Positions 28,241-41,149 are shown, numbered from the stretch's first letter. The stretch is DNA of 64,000 bases from Caulobacterales bacterium (GCA_038236615.1 JBBRZO010000007.1:25780-89779); one strand, 5' to 3'. Program-made: numbers and translations. Notes: generated by a model not told the origin, from the sequence alone.

Positions 28241-28868
28241 GCGGATCAGCTTCCTCCGGCCCCGGAAATCCCGGCAGCGACCAGCTGAACAGGATCGCCC
28301 CGGCCCGCACGCCCAGCGCCACGGCAAAGCCGATACCGCCCGCCGCCAGCCGGTCCACCCCCAGGCTGGCCAGGCCCACGAACACCACTGACCCTGCAAG
28401 CGCCGCCGTCACATAGATTTCCCGCCGCAGCAGCACCGAGGGCTCATTGGCCAGCACGTCGCGGATCACCCCGCCGAAGCAGGCCGTCAGCACCCCCATC
28501 ACCGCCGCCGCGATGGGGTGGACCCCCAGCCCCAGCGCCTTGGCCGCCCCGACCACGGCGTAGGCGGCCATGCCCAGCGCATCCAGCCACAGCAGCGCCG
28601 AGAACCGCCAGGTCCGCCGCCCGGTCAGCCAGACCACAACCGCCGCGCCCAGGCAGACCAGCAGATAGCCCGGCCGCTGCACCCAGATCACCGGCGCGCC
28701 GATCAGCAGGTCCCGCAGCGTCCCGCCACCCACCCCGGTCACCGCGGCGAAGAAGGCGAAGGTGACGATGTCATGCTTGCGCCGCGCCGCCGCCAGCGCG
28801 CCGGTGGCGCCGAACACGGCGACGGCGGCGTAGTCGAGGACCAGGATGGCGGTGTCGATGACGCTCAT
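28212..28868 (-). CDS. Trimeric intracellular cation channel (UPF0126/TRIC) family protein
   Basis: Duplicated TGVGGGTLRDLL / TACFGGVIRDVL motifs, LDALGMAAY, EIYVTAA. Confidence 0.9.
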   Translation of the reverse strand: MSVIDTAILVLDYAAVAVFGATGALAAARRKHDIVTFAFFAAVTGVGGGTLRDLLIGAPVIWVQRPGYLLVCLGAAVVVWLTGRRTWRFSALLWLDALGMAAYAVVGAAKALGLGVHPIAAAVMGVLTACFGGVIRDVLANEPSVLLRREIYVTAALAGSVVFVGLASLGVDRLAAGGIGFAVALGVRAGAILFSWSLPGFPGPEEADPPSRGPGADS

Positions 28869-28902
28869 GGTTGCTGTCTAGCGCGCCTGCGAGAAGAAGG
28901 GA

Positions 28903-29200
28903 GTCCACGAACCACACGAACGGGCGCGATATCCGCCGACGTTGTGCCGCGATCCGGCGTGGGTTTTGGGGTCGCTGCGCGACAGGAAGAGAAGTTAGGG
29001 AAGAAGAGGAAGCGCTTGAGTTCGTCCTCGAAGCGCCGCAGGCGATCAAATCGGAATGAATGCCTGCGGCGCATCCAGGCTGGCGCTGTCGCTTCCTCTT
29101 CTTCTCTAACTTCTCTGCCTTCCCGCGCAGCGGCTTAAACCCACATCTCAGCCCGCGACGCCGAAACAGCGTCTCACACCCGTTCGTGTGGTTCGTGGAC
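28903..29200. repeat. About 300-nt nested palindromic element (family D, long form)
   Basis: GTCCACGAACCACACGAACGGG...CCCGTTCGTGTGGTTCGTGGAC outer arms; inner arms AGAGAAGTTAG/CTAACTTCTCT and GCGCCGCAGGC/GCCTGCGGCGC. Confidence 0.9.
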
Positions 29201-29261
29201 AAATTCTCTCCCGCGCCGCGCAAAGGGTGACGCCGCCAACCCGCCACGCTAAGAGCCGCCA

Positions 29262-30191
29262 ATGGCAGAACAGAAACAAGGCTGGTTCCAGCGGCTGACC
29301 AGCGGGCTTTCCCGCTCGTCCAAGCAGATGACCGAGCAGGTGGCGGAGATCTTCCGCAAGCCGCTCGACCAGGAACAGCTCGACGCCCTTGAGGAAATGC
29401 TGATCGAGGCGGACCTGGGCCCGCACGCCGCCGCCCGCATCACCAAGGCGTTCGGCGAGGCCCGGTTCGGCAAGTCGGCCTCCGAGGACGAGGTCAAGGA
29501 AGCCCTGGCCGAGGCCGTGGCCAAGGAGCTGATCCCCCGCCAGGGCGAGTTCGATCCGCTCAGCGGCCCCAAGCCCTATGTGGTGCTGTTCATCGGGGTC
29601 AACGGCTCGGGCAAGACCACCACGCTTGGCAAGATCGCCGCCGACCTGAAGACCAAGGGCGCGAAGGTTCTCATAGCGGCCGGCGACACCTTCCGCGCCG
29701 CCGCCGTCGAGCAGCTGAAGATCTGGGCCGACCGGGCCGGGGCCGACTTCATGTCGCGGCCGACCGGGGCCGACGCGGCGGGCCTGGCTTATGACGCCAT
29801 CGAGAAGGGCCGGGCCGAGGGCTATGACGTGGTGCTGATCGACACCGCCGGCCGGCTGCAGAACAAGCAGGGCCTGATGGACGAGCTCCTGAAGGTCATC
29901 CGGGTGGTCAAGAAGATCGACCCCGACGCCCCACACGAGACCCTGCTGGTCCTCGACGCGACGGTCGGGCGCAACGCGCTGGCCCAGGAAAACATGTTCG
30001 GCAACCAGATCGGCGTGTCGGGCATCGTGATGACCAAGCTGGACGGCACCGCGCGCGGCGGCGTCCTGGTGCCCGTCGCCCAGGCCTCGGACAGCCCGAT
30101 CAAGCTTATCGGGGTCGGCGAGGGCATCGACGACCTGCAACCCTTCGACGCCCGGGCCTTTTCCAGGTCCCTGGTTGGACTGGAATCGTAA
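29262..30191 (+). CDS. ftsY: SRP receptor FtsY
   Basis: GVNGSGKTTT, GDTFRAAA, DTAGRL, TKLDGTARGG, GVGE. Confidence 0.98.
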   Translation: MAEQKQGWFQRLTSGLSRSSKQMTEQVAEIFRKPLDQEQLDALEEMLIEADLGPHAAARITKAFGEARFGKSASEDEVKEALAEAVAKELIPRQGEFDPLSGPKPYVVLFIGVNGSGKTTTLGKIAADLKTKGAKVLIAAGDTFRAAAVEQLKIWADRAGADFMSRPTGADAAGLAYDAIEKGRAEGYDVVLIDTAGRLQNKQGLMDELLKVIRVVKKIDPDAPHETLLVLDATVGRNALAQENMFGNQIGVSGIVMTKLDGTARGGVLVPVAQASDSPIKLIGVGEGIDDLQPFDARAFSRSLVGLES

Positions 30192-30793
30192 TGGCTGAAG
30201 CCCGCAAGCATCCCAAATGGGTCCGTCCCGTGGTCGACTACGGCGGCCTTGGCCTGTTCCTGGTCGGCTTCCTGATCCACCGCAATCTGATGGAGGCCAC
30301 CTGGTGGCTGGTGGCCGGCTCGGCCATCGGCCTGATCGTCGGCTTTGTCGTCGAGCGCCGGCTGGCGACCATGCCGCTGCTGGCCGGCGGGGCGGCGCTG
30401 GTGTTCGGCGGGCTGACCCTGATCTTCCACGACACCCGGTTCCTGAAGGTCAAACCGACCATCATCAACCTGGCCTTCGCGGTCTTCCTGCTGGGCGGCA
30501 CAGTGCTCAAGCGCAACCCGCTCAAGCATCTGATCGGCGAGGCCCTGCAGCTGACCGACTCGGGCTGGCGGACCCTGACCATGCGCTACGGCTTCTATTT
30601 CCTGTTCGTCGCCCTGCTGAACGAGGCCGTCTGGCGCACCCAGACAGACACCACCTGGACCTTCTTCCGCTTCCCGGGCCTGCAGGTCCTGGCCCTGCTG
30701 TTCTCGTTCAGCCAGGTGCCGCTGATCATGAAGAGTTCGAGCCAGGCCGAAGCCGACGCCGCCGCTGATAAGCCGGTCGCGGCCGACGAGTAA
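30191..30793 (+). CDS. ispZ: Inner-membrane septation protein IspZ/YciB
   Basis: GGLTLIFHD..FLKVKPTI, FVALLNEAVWR, SQVPLIMK; follows ftsY. Confidence 0.9.
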   Translation: MAEARKHPKWVRPVVDYGGLGLFLVGFLIHRNLMEATWWLVAGSAIGLIVGFVVERRLATMPLLAGGAALVFGGLTLIFHDTRFLKVKPTIINLAFAVFLLGGTVLKRNPLKHLIGEALQLTDSGWRTLTMRYGFYFLFVALLNEAVWRTQTDTTWTFFRFPGLQVLALLFSFSQVPLIMKSSSQAEADAAADKPVAADE

Positions 30794-30884
30794 GGGCGGG
30801 CATTAGCGACGCGGACGGATTGTCTGTCGTCAAACGGTCGCGAAAGCCGGATTATAGGTTTGCTCCGTCAAGGGGGATCAGGCG

Positions 30885-31424
30885 ATGGCCAAGGGTTCGA
30901 AGAAGTCAGGCGGAGCGCTGGACCGGTCTCCGGGTCACCTGCTGCACCGCGCGCAGCAGAAGGCGCTGGACCTGTTCGCGGCCGGCGCCACAGCTGGCGG
31001 CGTAACCCAAAGACAGTATGCGGTCCTGGCCGCCGTCGCCCTGCATGAGGGCGCCGCCCAGGCCGAGCTGGTGGCCGCTACCGGCATCGACCGCTCGACC
31101 CTGGCCGAGCTGGTCGCCCGGATGATCGGCAAGGACCTGCTGGCCCGCGAACGCTCCAAGGCCGACGCCCGGGCCAATGCCGTCCACCTGACCGAAGCCG
31201 GCCGCGCCGCCCTCGACGCCGCCGCCCCCCAGGCGACAGCCGCCGACGAGGCCCTGCTGGCCCTGCTGCCCAAGGGCAAGCGCGAGACCTTCATCGACCT
31301 GCTGCGGCTGCTGACCGGCGAGGACGAGCCCAAGCCGAAGAAGGACAAGGCGGAGAAGAAGGCCGCCAAGGCCGAGAAGAAAAAGAAGAAGGCTGAAAAG
31401 GCGGCGAAGGAGCCGGTGGAGTAG
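30885..31424 (+). CDS. MarR family regulator with Lys-rich tail
   Basis: SPGHLLHRAQQ, TQRQYAVL, IDRSTLAELVARM, DARANAVHLT. Confidence 0.9.
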   Translation: MAKGSKKSGGALDRSPGHLLHRAQQKALDLFAAGATAGGVTQRQYAVLAAVALHEGAAQAELVAATGIDRSTLAELVARMIGKDLLARERSKADARANAVHLTEAGRAALDAAAPQATAADEALLALLPKGKRETFIDLLRLLTGEDEPKPKKDKAEKKAAKAEKKKKKAEKAAKEPVE

Positions 31425-31451
31425 GGCGCGGCGCCCGACCCACCCACCACG

Positions 31452-31589
31452 GTCATCCTAGGCCTTGTGCCTAGGATCCCGCGTTCAGCTCGCTGAAAAG
31501 ACTGAAGATTTAGCCGCATCGTCTGCGCCAGCACCCGCCAGTCGCCCAACAGCGGACGGCGGGATCCTAGGCACAAGGCCTAGGATGAC
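31452..31589. repeat. 138-nt REPIN-like element (family A)
   Basis: Same perfect 29-bp terminal inverted repeats as 4701. Confidence 0.93.
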
Positions 31590-31616
31590 GTGGCTTGCTG
31601 GGTCTTCTGCGGGGCC

Positions 31617-33539
31617 CTAAGCCACCGCCGCCACGCCCTCACCACTCGCGATCCGCGCGATCTCGCCCAGCAGCGCCGGCGGTGAGATCGGCTTGCCGAC
31701 CACGCCGTCCATGCCGGCGGCGCGGTAGGCTGCCGTCTGGTGGGCCAGGACGTTGGCGGTCAGGGCGATGATCGGGGTGTGGGCCGCCGCGCCAGGCAGG
31801 GCGCGAATGCGGCGGGTGGCCTCAATGCCGTCGATGCCGGGCATCTGGATATCCATCAGGATCAGGTCGTGACGGCCCTGAGCGGCCGCCTCGACCCCCA
31901 GCTCGCCGTCGGCCGCCGTCTCGACCTGGCAGCCCAGGGCCTCCAGCAGGCGGGTGGCGATCAGGCGATTGGTCGGGTTGTCCTCGACGACCAGCACCTT
32001 GAGGCCTTCCAGGACCTCGACGGGGGCGGCCACTCGGGCGGCCGGAGCCGCGCAGGCGGGAGCGGCGATCTCGAGCTGGAAGGTCGAGCCCTGGCCGGGG
32101 ATGGAAACGAAGCTGACATCGCCACCCATCATCCCCGCCAGTCGCCGGGTGATGGCTAGGCCCAGGCCCGAGCCGCCAAACCGGCGGGTGGTCGAGGCGT
32201 CGGCCTGGTGGAAGCGTTCGAAGAGGCCGGCCTGGGCGTCCAGCGGAATGCCCACCCCGGTGTCCGCCACCTCAAGGCTCAGCCGGTCCCCGTCCCCACC
32301 AGTGTTGGGCAGTCGCCGGGCCAGCACGGTGACGCTGCCCTTCAGGGTGAACTTCACGGCGTTGCCGACCAGGTTGAACAGCGCCTGGCGCAGGCGTACC
32401 GGATCGGTTCGCGCCCAGCCGATCTGGTCTTCGCCGATCAGCCGCAGGGTGACGTCCTTGGCCGCCGCCTGGGCCTGCATCAGGCTGGCGACGCCGCGTA
32501 GCAGGGCGCCGACGTCCACAGGCTCCTCGGTGAGCTCCAGAGCCCCGGCCTCGATGCGCGAGAAGTCGATGACATCGTCCAGCAGGGTGGCCAGCATCTC
32601 GCCGCAGCCGGCCGCCTCGGCCAGCAGCCGCTGGGCGTCCGCCGACATCGGCTCGTCCTTCAGCAGGTGCATGACCCCCATCACCCCGTTCATCGGGGTG
32701 CGCAGCTCGTGGCTCATATTGGCCAGGAACCGAGCCTTGGCCTCGCCGGCCGCCAGGGCCGCGTCACGGGCCTCGGCCATGGCGGTGACGTCCTGCGAGA
32801 TGCCTTTGAGCGCGAACCGGCCGCCCGGCCGCGGCTCGGTGCGGAAGGTGGCGCGCAGGGTCAGCCAGCGGCCGTCCTTGCTGATCATCCGGTGATCGAT
32901 GGTCGCGCCGACGCCCTTCAGAGCCCCGCGATTGAAGGCCTTCCTGGACGCCTCGACGTCGTCGGGGTGGAGCTTGGCGTTGAAGTCGTGGACCTGGCCG
33001 ATCTCGGCCTGGGTCCAGCCGGTCACCACCGTGATGTCGTGCGACCACTCGATGAGGCCCCGGTCGGGCTCGAAGTTCCAGGTGCCGATGCCGGCCGCCT
33101 CGGACAGCATCGAGCGCGTGCGGCGCGCGGCGGCCAGTTCCTCTTCGCGCTCGCGCTCAAGGGTCACGTCGCGCATGGTGCCGATCATCTCGTTGTCGGG
33201 ACCGAGCTTGCTGCGGCCCTCCAGCCACAGCCAGCCGCCTTCCTTGGTCCTCACCTTCAGGCAGTTGAGCGCGAAGCCGTCCTGGCGCATCCGCTTGACC
33301 GTGGCCTTCGCCTCGGCCTCGCTCTCGGGCAGGATGAAGTCGAACACCGAGCGGTCCAGGGTCTGGTCGCGCAGCCAGCCGGTGACCTGCTCCCAGGCCG
33401 GGTTGACCTCCTGGATAATCCCCTCGGCCGAGACCACGATGAAGATATCGAGCGCGTTCTCAAAGAACCAGCCGGCCGCATCGAACGTGACTCTCGAGGC
33501 CTTGCGTTTGGGTCTGCGGAAAGTCTTCCCGTCACTCAT
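31617..33539 (-). CDS. Hybrid sensor kinase PAS-PAS-HisKA-HATPase-REC
   Basis: FLANMSHELRTP H-box, NLVGNAVKFT, DTGVGI, GGSGLGL, LMDIQMPG receiver; start set at MSDGK (longer frame reads into a repeat). Confidence 0.93.
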   Translation of the reverse strand: MSDGKTFRRPKRKASRVTFDAAGWFFENALDIFIVVSAEGIIQEVNPAWEQVTGWLRDQTLDRSVFDFILPESEAEAKATVKRMRQDGFALNCLKVRTKEGGWLWLEGRSKLGPDNEMIGTMRDVTLEREREEELAAARRTRSMLSEAAGIGTWNFEPDRGLIEWSHDITVVTGWTQAEIGQVHDFNAKLHPDDVEASRKAFNRGALKGVGATIDHRMISKDGRWLTLRATFRTEPRPGGRFALKGISQDVTAMAEARDAALAAGEAKARFLANMSHELRTPMNGVMGVMHLLKDEPMSADAQRLLAEAAGCGEMLATLLDDVIDFSRIEAGALELTEEPVDVGALLRGVASLMQAQAAAKDVTLRLIGEDQIGWARTDPVRLRQALFNLVGNAVKFTLKGSVTVLARRLPNTGGDGDRLSLEVADTGVGIPLDAQAGLFERFHQADASTTRRFGGSGLGLAITRRLAGMMGGDVSFVSIPGQGSTFQLEIAAPACAAPAARVAAPVEVLEGLKVLVVEDNPTNRLIATRLLEALGCQVETAADGELGVEAAAQGRHDLILMDIQMPGIDGIEATRRIRALPGAAAHTPIIALTANVLAHQTAAYRAAGMDGVVGKPISPPALLGEIARIASGEGVAAVA

Positions 33540-33614
33540 TCCGGCTACCCTAGGGCGGAGGGGTGAATCATCGGTTTGCGATGCCGGGTCGCGACGTCGC
33601 ATCGCAGACCCCAG

Positions 33615-33815
33615 TTCCTCGCCCCTTGGGCGAGGGGGACCACGAAGTGGTGGAGTGGGCTCTTCCGACCGCACATCGTTGAAGAAGGCCCACTTCGATA
33701 GGTGCTCAATCCTGAAGCCCCGTGCGGACCACGGCCCACTCCGTCAGCGGAGTTTATCCTCGGGCGCGCGCTTCGCGCGACCCGGGGGCTGCCACCTCGC
33801 CCAACGGGCGAGGAA
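33615..33815. repeat. Family E element (201 nt) carrying a nested hairpin insert
   Basis: Same ends as 2059/55071; 45 nt at 33746-33790 replaces GGCTTCGCC. Confidence 0.9.
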
Positions 33816-33834
33816 TAATGACAAGCGGTCCGCT

Positions 33835-34518
33835 CTACACCTCGGCCCACATCCGCAGCAGGTTGTGATAGGCGCCGGTCAGGCTGATGACCTGCGCGTC
33901 GTCCGCGCCCAGCCTACCGCCCACGGCCTGGACGGACTGGTCCAGGTCGAACAGCAGGGCCCGCCGGCCATCGTCACGCACCATGGACTGCACCCAGAAG
34001 AACGAGGCCCAGCGTGAGCCGCGGGTTATGGGCGCGACCCGGTGCAGGCTGGAGGCCGGATAGAGGATCAAATCGCCCGCCGCCAGCTTCACGGCGTGCT
34101 CTCCGTAGGTGTCCTCGACGATCAGCTCGCCGCCGTCGTAGGCGTCCGGATCGCTGAGGAACAGGGTCGCCGACAGGTCGGTGCGGTATCGGATGTTCCC
34201 CGACTTCGAGAACCGGATGGCGTTGTCGACGTGCTCGTCGAACTTCATCCCCGCGTCATAGCGGTTGAACAGCGGTGGAAAGACCCGCAGCGGCAGGGCG
34301 GCCGAGACGAACAGCGGGTTGCGGCCCAGGGCCGCCAGGATGGTCTCGCCCAGGGCCCGAGCCTGGGGCGCCTCTTCCGGGATTTGCAGATTGAGCTTGG
34401 CCAGGGCCGACTGCGCCCCGGCCGTCACCCGGCCATCGACCCAGTCGCCGCCCGCCAGCACCTCGCGCGCACTGGCCACCTCGTCAGGGGTCAGCACCCC
34501 TGGGACCTGAAGCATCAT
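33835..34518 (-). CDS. piuC: PKHD-type Fe(II)/2OG dioxygenase (PiuC/YbiX)
   Basis: [45 protein letters not shown]; coupled to TonB receptor. Confidence 0.93.
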   Translation of the reverse strand: MMLQVPGVLTPDEVASAREVLAGGDWVDGRVTAGAQSALAKLNLQIPEEAPQARALGETILAALGRNPLFVSAALPLRVFPPLFNRYDAGMKFDEHVDNAIRFSKSGNIRYRTDLSATLFLSDPDAYDGGELIVEDTYGEHAVKLAAGDLILYPASSLHRVAPITRGSRWASFFWVQSMVRDDGRRALLFDLDQSVQAVGGRLGADDAQVISLTGAYHNLLRMWAEV

Positions 34519-34528
34519 GGCCGCCTCC

Positions 34529-36940
34529 TCAGAATGTCTTGCCAAGCGACAGGATGAAGGTGCGACCCGCCGCCGGGACGCCGCGGTTGCCGAACGCCTG
34601 GCTGTAGTTCAGCCGATCGGTGAGATTGTAGCCGTTGATCGCCACCCGCCAGGCGCCGACCTGCCAGGCGACATAGGCGTCGAAGCTGATGCTCTCGGGA
34701 ATCTGCGCGATCAGCGACAGCCGCGACGGGGCCGGGGCCACCCGGGTCACGGTGTAGCGGACCGGCATGGCGTCCTGCCAGGTCACGCCGCCGCCGGCGC
34801 TCAGGCCCTGGACGACGCCGTCCAGGTCCAGGGTGGTGTAGAGGCTGCCCGAGTTCTTCGGGGTGAAGACTGCCGGCCGGCCCTTGATGAAGGGGTTGGC
34901 GGTCGGCGTCCCGGTCGGGACGCCCGCCCCGCAGGCCAGGGTGGTCGGCGAGCAGTTGGTAAAGGCTTCCAGGGTCTCGCTGTCCAGGTAGGCGTAGTTC
35001 AGCGATACCGACCAGTCGGGGGTGATCTGGGCGGTGGTCCCCAGTTCCAGGCCCCGGACCGCTTGCGTCTCGCCCGACTGGGCCAGCAGGAAGCCCGTGC
35101 CCGGATCGGTCTGGGTGGCGTTGCTCTTCCTGACGTCGAAGATCGCGGCGTTGAGGTTCAGCCGGCCGTCCAGCAGGCCCAGCCTCGCGCCCAGCTCCCA
35201 GGTCCTGGCGACCTCGGGCTGCAGGTCGCGGGCCGCCAGGGTCAGGTTCGTGCCGGCCCCCACCACCGAAGTCCCCTGCGGCGTCTGCGAGCGACCCCAG
35301 GTCAGATAGACGGTGCGGTCGGCGGCCGGCTCCCAGACCAGGCTGAAGCGCGGGCTGACCAGGTCGGACTTCGACTTGATGCGGGTCTTCACGCCGTTGA
35401 CGGCGACGGCGTCATAGCGGGCGCTGTAGCGTTCCCAGCGCAGCGAGCCGATCAGCGAGACCTGGTCGGTCAGCCACAGCCGGTCGGTCAGGAAGACTCC
35501 GAAATCGGTGGCGTCGCCGCTTGTGGTCAGCACCGAGGCCGCCGTCGCGGTGCAGACGCGCGGGGCCACCGGACAGATGTTGCTCGCCGTCGGATGATAG
35601 ACCGCATAGCCGGTCGGATAGCGGCGACCAGGGTTGGTCAGGTCGCGGGGGATCAGGTTCCGGGCCGTGATCCCGGCCGGCAGGGTGTAGGAACTGAAGG
35701 TCTTGTCGTTGGACTGATAGCTGACGTCGAGGCCGCCGATCATCAGGTTGCGCAACCCCCCGACCTCGAACTCGCCCTTCACCGTGGTCAGGTTCTGGAC
35801 CCCCCAGGCGTCCATGTCATAGGGTCCCGAGCCGCCCATGCCGGCGGCGGGAACCGTTGCTGGATTACCGTCGAACAGGTTGGCCGTGCAGGCGGCGTTG
35901 CACTGGTCGGTGGTGGTGTAGGCGAAATAGCGGGAATAGACCCCGACCCGACTGTCGTTGGTCAGCACCACCCCGTTGCCGAACGTCTTGGAGAACCGGG
36001 CGGTGACGACGTCGGCCTGAGTCTGGTCGGTGTCTTCCACGTAGCCGGTGAAGGTCGAGCGATCGACGCCGACATTGTACGAGCTGGCGGGCCGGCCGAT
36101 CAGCTCGCCGGGCCGCTGGACGATGACGACGCCGTAGTCGGGCACGCGGACGTCGTTCTGGTGGACATAATTCAGGGTCAGGCTGGTGTCGGTCCCCAGG
36201 CCCAGCCCCAGGGCCAGGGCGGCGCCCCAGCGCTCGTCCTTGATGACATCGCGGTCGACGGCGTTGTTGGACTGGCCCATCAGGTTGATGCGCAACGCCG
36301 TCTGGTCGCCCAGCGGCAGGTTCACGTCAGCCAGGGCGCGGACATAGCGTCCCGAACCGCCGAAGTTGTCGACGGTCGACTCCATCTCGTCCGTGTGGGG
36401 CTGCTTGGAGACGGTGTTGATCGCCCCGCCCACCGAGCCACGGCCGAACAGGGCGCCCGAGGGGCCTTTCAGCACCTGGACTTCCTCGTAGGGGAAGCTG
36501 TCGCGGCTGTAGACGCCGAAGTCGCGCAGGCCGTCGACATAGACATCGTCCTTGGCGTCGAAACCGCGGATCTTGAACTGGTCGCCGCTGAGCGTGCCGC
36601 CCTCGCCGATGGCGATGGTGATGCCGGGGACGCTGCGCAGGGCCTGCTCCAGGCTGCTGACGCCCTTGGCGCGCAGTTCGTCCTGGCCGATGACCTGCAC
36701 GGTCTGGGGGGTGTCCTGCAGCGTGGTCGGGGCCACGGCGAGGCCGAGCTTGGGGCTGGGAGCGTCGACGATGAGGCCGGCGACCGTGTTGGCGGACTCG
36801 GCCGCGTCAGCCATGGCCTCGGCCCCCACGGCCTGCGCCAGTCCCGGGGCGAGGCTGAGCCCGGCGATGCCGGCCAGGGCCGCGAGCCGGCGTGACGGGC
36901 TGGCGCGGGCGGTGACGCCCTGGCCCTGGTAGCGACGCAT
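34529..36940 (-). CDS. TonB-dependent siderophore receptor (Fiu/PiuA-like)
   Basis: Plug motif [27 protein letters not shown], terminal NLTDR...[12 protein letters not shown]; piuC downstream. Confidence 0.92.
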   Translation of the reverse strand: MRRYQGQGVTARASPSRRLAALAGIAGLSLAPGLAQAVGAEAMADAAESANTVAGLIVDAPSPKLGLAVAPTTLQDTPQTVQVIGQDELRAKGVSSLEQALRSVPGITIAIGEGGTLSGDQFKIRGFDAKDDVYVDGLRDFGVYSRDSFPYEEVQVLKGPSGALFGRGSVGGAINTVSKQPHTDEMESTVDNFGGSGRYVRALADVNLPLGDQTALRINLMGQSNNAVDRDVIKDERWGAALALGLGLGTDTSLTLNYVHQNDVRVPDYGVVIVQRPGELIGRPASSYNVGVDRSTFTGYVEDTDQTQADVVTARFSKTFGNGVVLTNDSRVGVYSRYFAYTTTDQCNAACTANLFDGNPATVPAAGMGGSGPYDMDAWGVQNLTTVKGEFEVGGLRNLMIGGLDVSYQSNDKTFSSYTLPAGITARNLIPRDLTNPGRRYPTGYAVYHPTASNICPVAPRVCTATAASVLTTSGDATDFGVFLTDRLWLTDQVSLIGSLRWERYSARYDAVAVNGVKTRIKSKSDLVSPRFSLVWEPAADRTVYLTWGRSQTPQGTSVVGAGTNLTLAARDLQPEVARTWELGARLGLLDGRLNLNAAIFDVRKSNATQTDPGTGFLLAQSGETQAVRGLELGTTAQITPDWSVSLNYAYLDSETLEAFTNCSPTTLACGAGVPTGTPTANPFIKGRPAVFTPKNSGSLYTTLDLDGVVQGLSAGGGVTWQDAMPVRYTVTRVAPAPSRLSLIAQIPESISFDAYVAWQVGAWRVAINGYNLTDRLNYSQAFGNRGVPAAGRTFILSLGKTF

Positions 36941-36991
36941 GAACACTGACCTCTGGAACGCCGGACCAAGCGGCCCGTCTCGAAATTGCTA

Positions 36992-37047
36992 TTGCGAGTC
37001 GTTCTTAAGATGGGAGCGTCAGCGTGGCAATGATAATCATTCTCATT
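36992..37047. promoter_or_regulatory. Fur-type iron boxes
   Basis: AATGATAATCATTCTCATT at 37029-37047 and TTGCGAGTCGTTCTTAA at 36992-37008, upstream of the TonB receptor. Confidence 0.75.
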
Positions 37048-37315
37048 ATCGCACAGCGGCGCCGGGCGACAGCAGGCCCGCCGCCATCAGGGCGCGGATC
37101 AGCGGCGGGCCCCCGAACCACAGGGCGTAAGCCTTTATGTCATGGGACTCGAAGGCAAAGCGCCGCTCGCCGGTCCAGTATTTCGGCAGGATCAGGAACC
37201 CCAGAGCGAAAGCCACAAGACCGTCGAGCGCCCAGGACGGCGACGGGTCGTTGTGGTTCGCGCCATCGAAGGCCTCCGCCGCAACAGCTGGGCGGTAAAC
37301 ATCCGGCCCCGCCGG
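37046..37315 (-). pseudogene. Headless 89-codon membrane-protein-like frame
   Basis: Hand translation PAGPDVYRPAVAAEAFDG...WALDGLVAFALGFLILPKYW...; no early ATG, directly in frame after the TAG of the upstream ORF. Confidence 0.35.
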
Positions 37316-37894
37316 CTAGAAGTCCTTTGGGGTCGGCTTGGCTGGCGCCTGATAGTCGTCGTTATAGGTAGCCGAGCCATATTTCAGGCTTGGTCCAAGT
37401 GACTCGAGCTTTAGTTTCCCCGTCTTGAAGCACCAGGTCACGACCGTGTTGTCGTAGGTGGCGCCGCCGCGGCTTTGCCATTTTGCGACGGCCTGCTCGC
37501 AGGGTTTGCCATACTTCTGAGTAAAGGCGTCTGTAAGTGTGAGAAAATCCGTACCGCCAGCGTCAAATAGGAAAATCATCATAGTAAGTCGGTTTTGATA
37601 GAAGTAGTACGATGGAGCCAATAAAAGCGTAATTCCTGCCACGACTGGATCCTTGCCACGGCACTGGACTTGATTTTCATCCGGTGAGCATACCCCTGTC
37701 AGGGAGGGATCCATGAATCCCCCGGCTGTCACGTCCTTGAACGTGAAATTTGGGAGACTCGCCGCGCGCGTTGGCGGCGGGGATGGAGGTTTCGCCGAAC
37801 GCACCGCAGGCGCCGGGGCCTTTTTGGGCGGCTGAGCGTTCGCACCCGTCGCGCTTAGCAGCGCAATGCCCGCAACCAAAAATACTCGCCGCAT
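37316..37894 (-). CDS. Exported hypothetical protein (192 aa), AT-richer than host
   Basis: Signal peptide MRRVFLVAGIALLSATGANA, Pro-rich linker, four Cys; many A/T-ending codons. Confidence 0.75.
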   Translation of the reverse strand: MRRVFLVAGIALLSATGANAQPPKKAPAPAVRSAKPPSPPPTRAASLPNFTFKDVTAGGFMDPSLTGVCSPDENQVQCRGKDPVVAGITLLLAPSYYFYQNRLTMMIFLFDAGGTDFLTLTDAFTQKYGKPCEQAVAKWQSRGGATYDNTVVTWCFKTGKLKLESLGPSLKYGSATYNDDYQAPAKPTPKDF

Positions 37895-38048
37895 ACTTCC
37901 CCCCGATGCTCTGCGTTACACCCGCCATTAAAACCCAGGATTGACCTCAATCCTAGCCGGCTCCCCAAACAATTCGAGCCGAGGCTTTTGGTCGGAGGGG
38001 CGGAGGGGCGGCTTGGCGTTGGGCCCCGCGAAGGGCTAGACTCCGTCC

Positions 38049-38863
38049 ATGGTGGACATTGCGGCCCCGACGCTCACCCAGACCCGCCCGGCCCGCCAGT
38101 GGCGGCGGGGCGAGGCCGACAGCGCGGCGATCACCCGGCCCCTGGCCGACGAGACGCCCATCGGGCTGATCTATGACAGTCGGCCGCACGCTGTGCTGAT
38201 GGCCACGCCCGCCGATGTCGAGGACCTGGCCGTCGGCTTCACCCTGACCGAGCGGGTCGCCACCTTCGACCAGATCGAGGCCATCGAGACCGAGATTCTG
38301 GCCGAGGGGGTGCAGGTCCGCCTGACCCTGGCCGAGAGCGCCCGCAAGTCCAGAGCCCGAGCCCGCAGCCGCAGCCTCGAGGGCCGCTCCAGCTGTGGCC
38401 TGTGCGGGGTCGAGCGGCTGGCCGCCGCTGTGCGGCCCCTGGCTCGCCTGCCCCACAGCCCCGCCATCCGCCAGACCGCCATCGAGGCGGCGCTCGACGC
38501 CCTGGAGGACAACCAGGCGCTCGGCAGGCTGACCCGCGCCATGCACGCCGCCGCCTTTGCCGACCACGACGGCCATCTGCTGGCCGTGCGCGAAGACGTC
38601 GGACGCCACAATGCGCTGGACAAGATCGTCGGCGCCGCCGCCCGCCAGGGCCTGGACGCCAGCGCCGGTTTCGTCGTCGTCACCAGCCGCTGTTCCTACG
38701 AGATGGTCGAGAAGGCGGCGATGGCGGGCTTTCCCCTGCTGGTGGCCATCTCGGCCCCCACGGCGCTGGCCATCCGCAAGGCTGAGGAGGCCAACCTCTC
38801 TCTGGTCGCCCTGGCCCGGGCCGACGGCTTCGCGGTGTTCGCCGGCCCCGAGAGGATCGTCCC

Positions 38864-38867
<4 letters not shown>
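38049..38867 (+). CDS. fdhD: Formate dehydrogenase accessory sulfurtransferase
   Basis: SSCGLCG, MHAAAF, REDVGRHNALDK, TSRCSYEMVEKA, SAPTALA. Confidence 0.96.
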
Positions 38868-41145
<2,278 letters not shown>

Positions 41146-41149
<4 letters not shown>

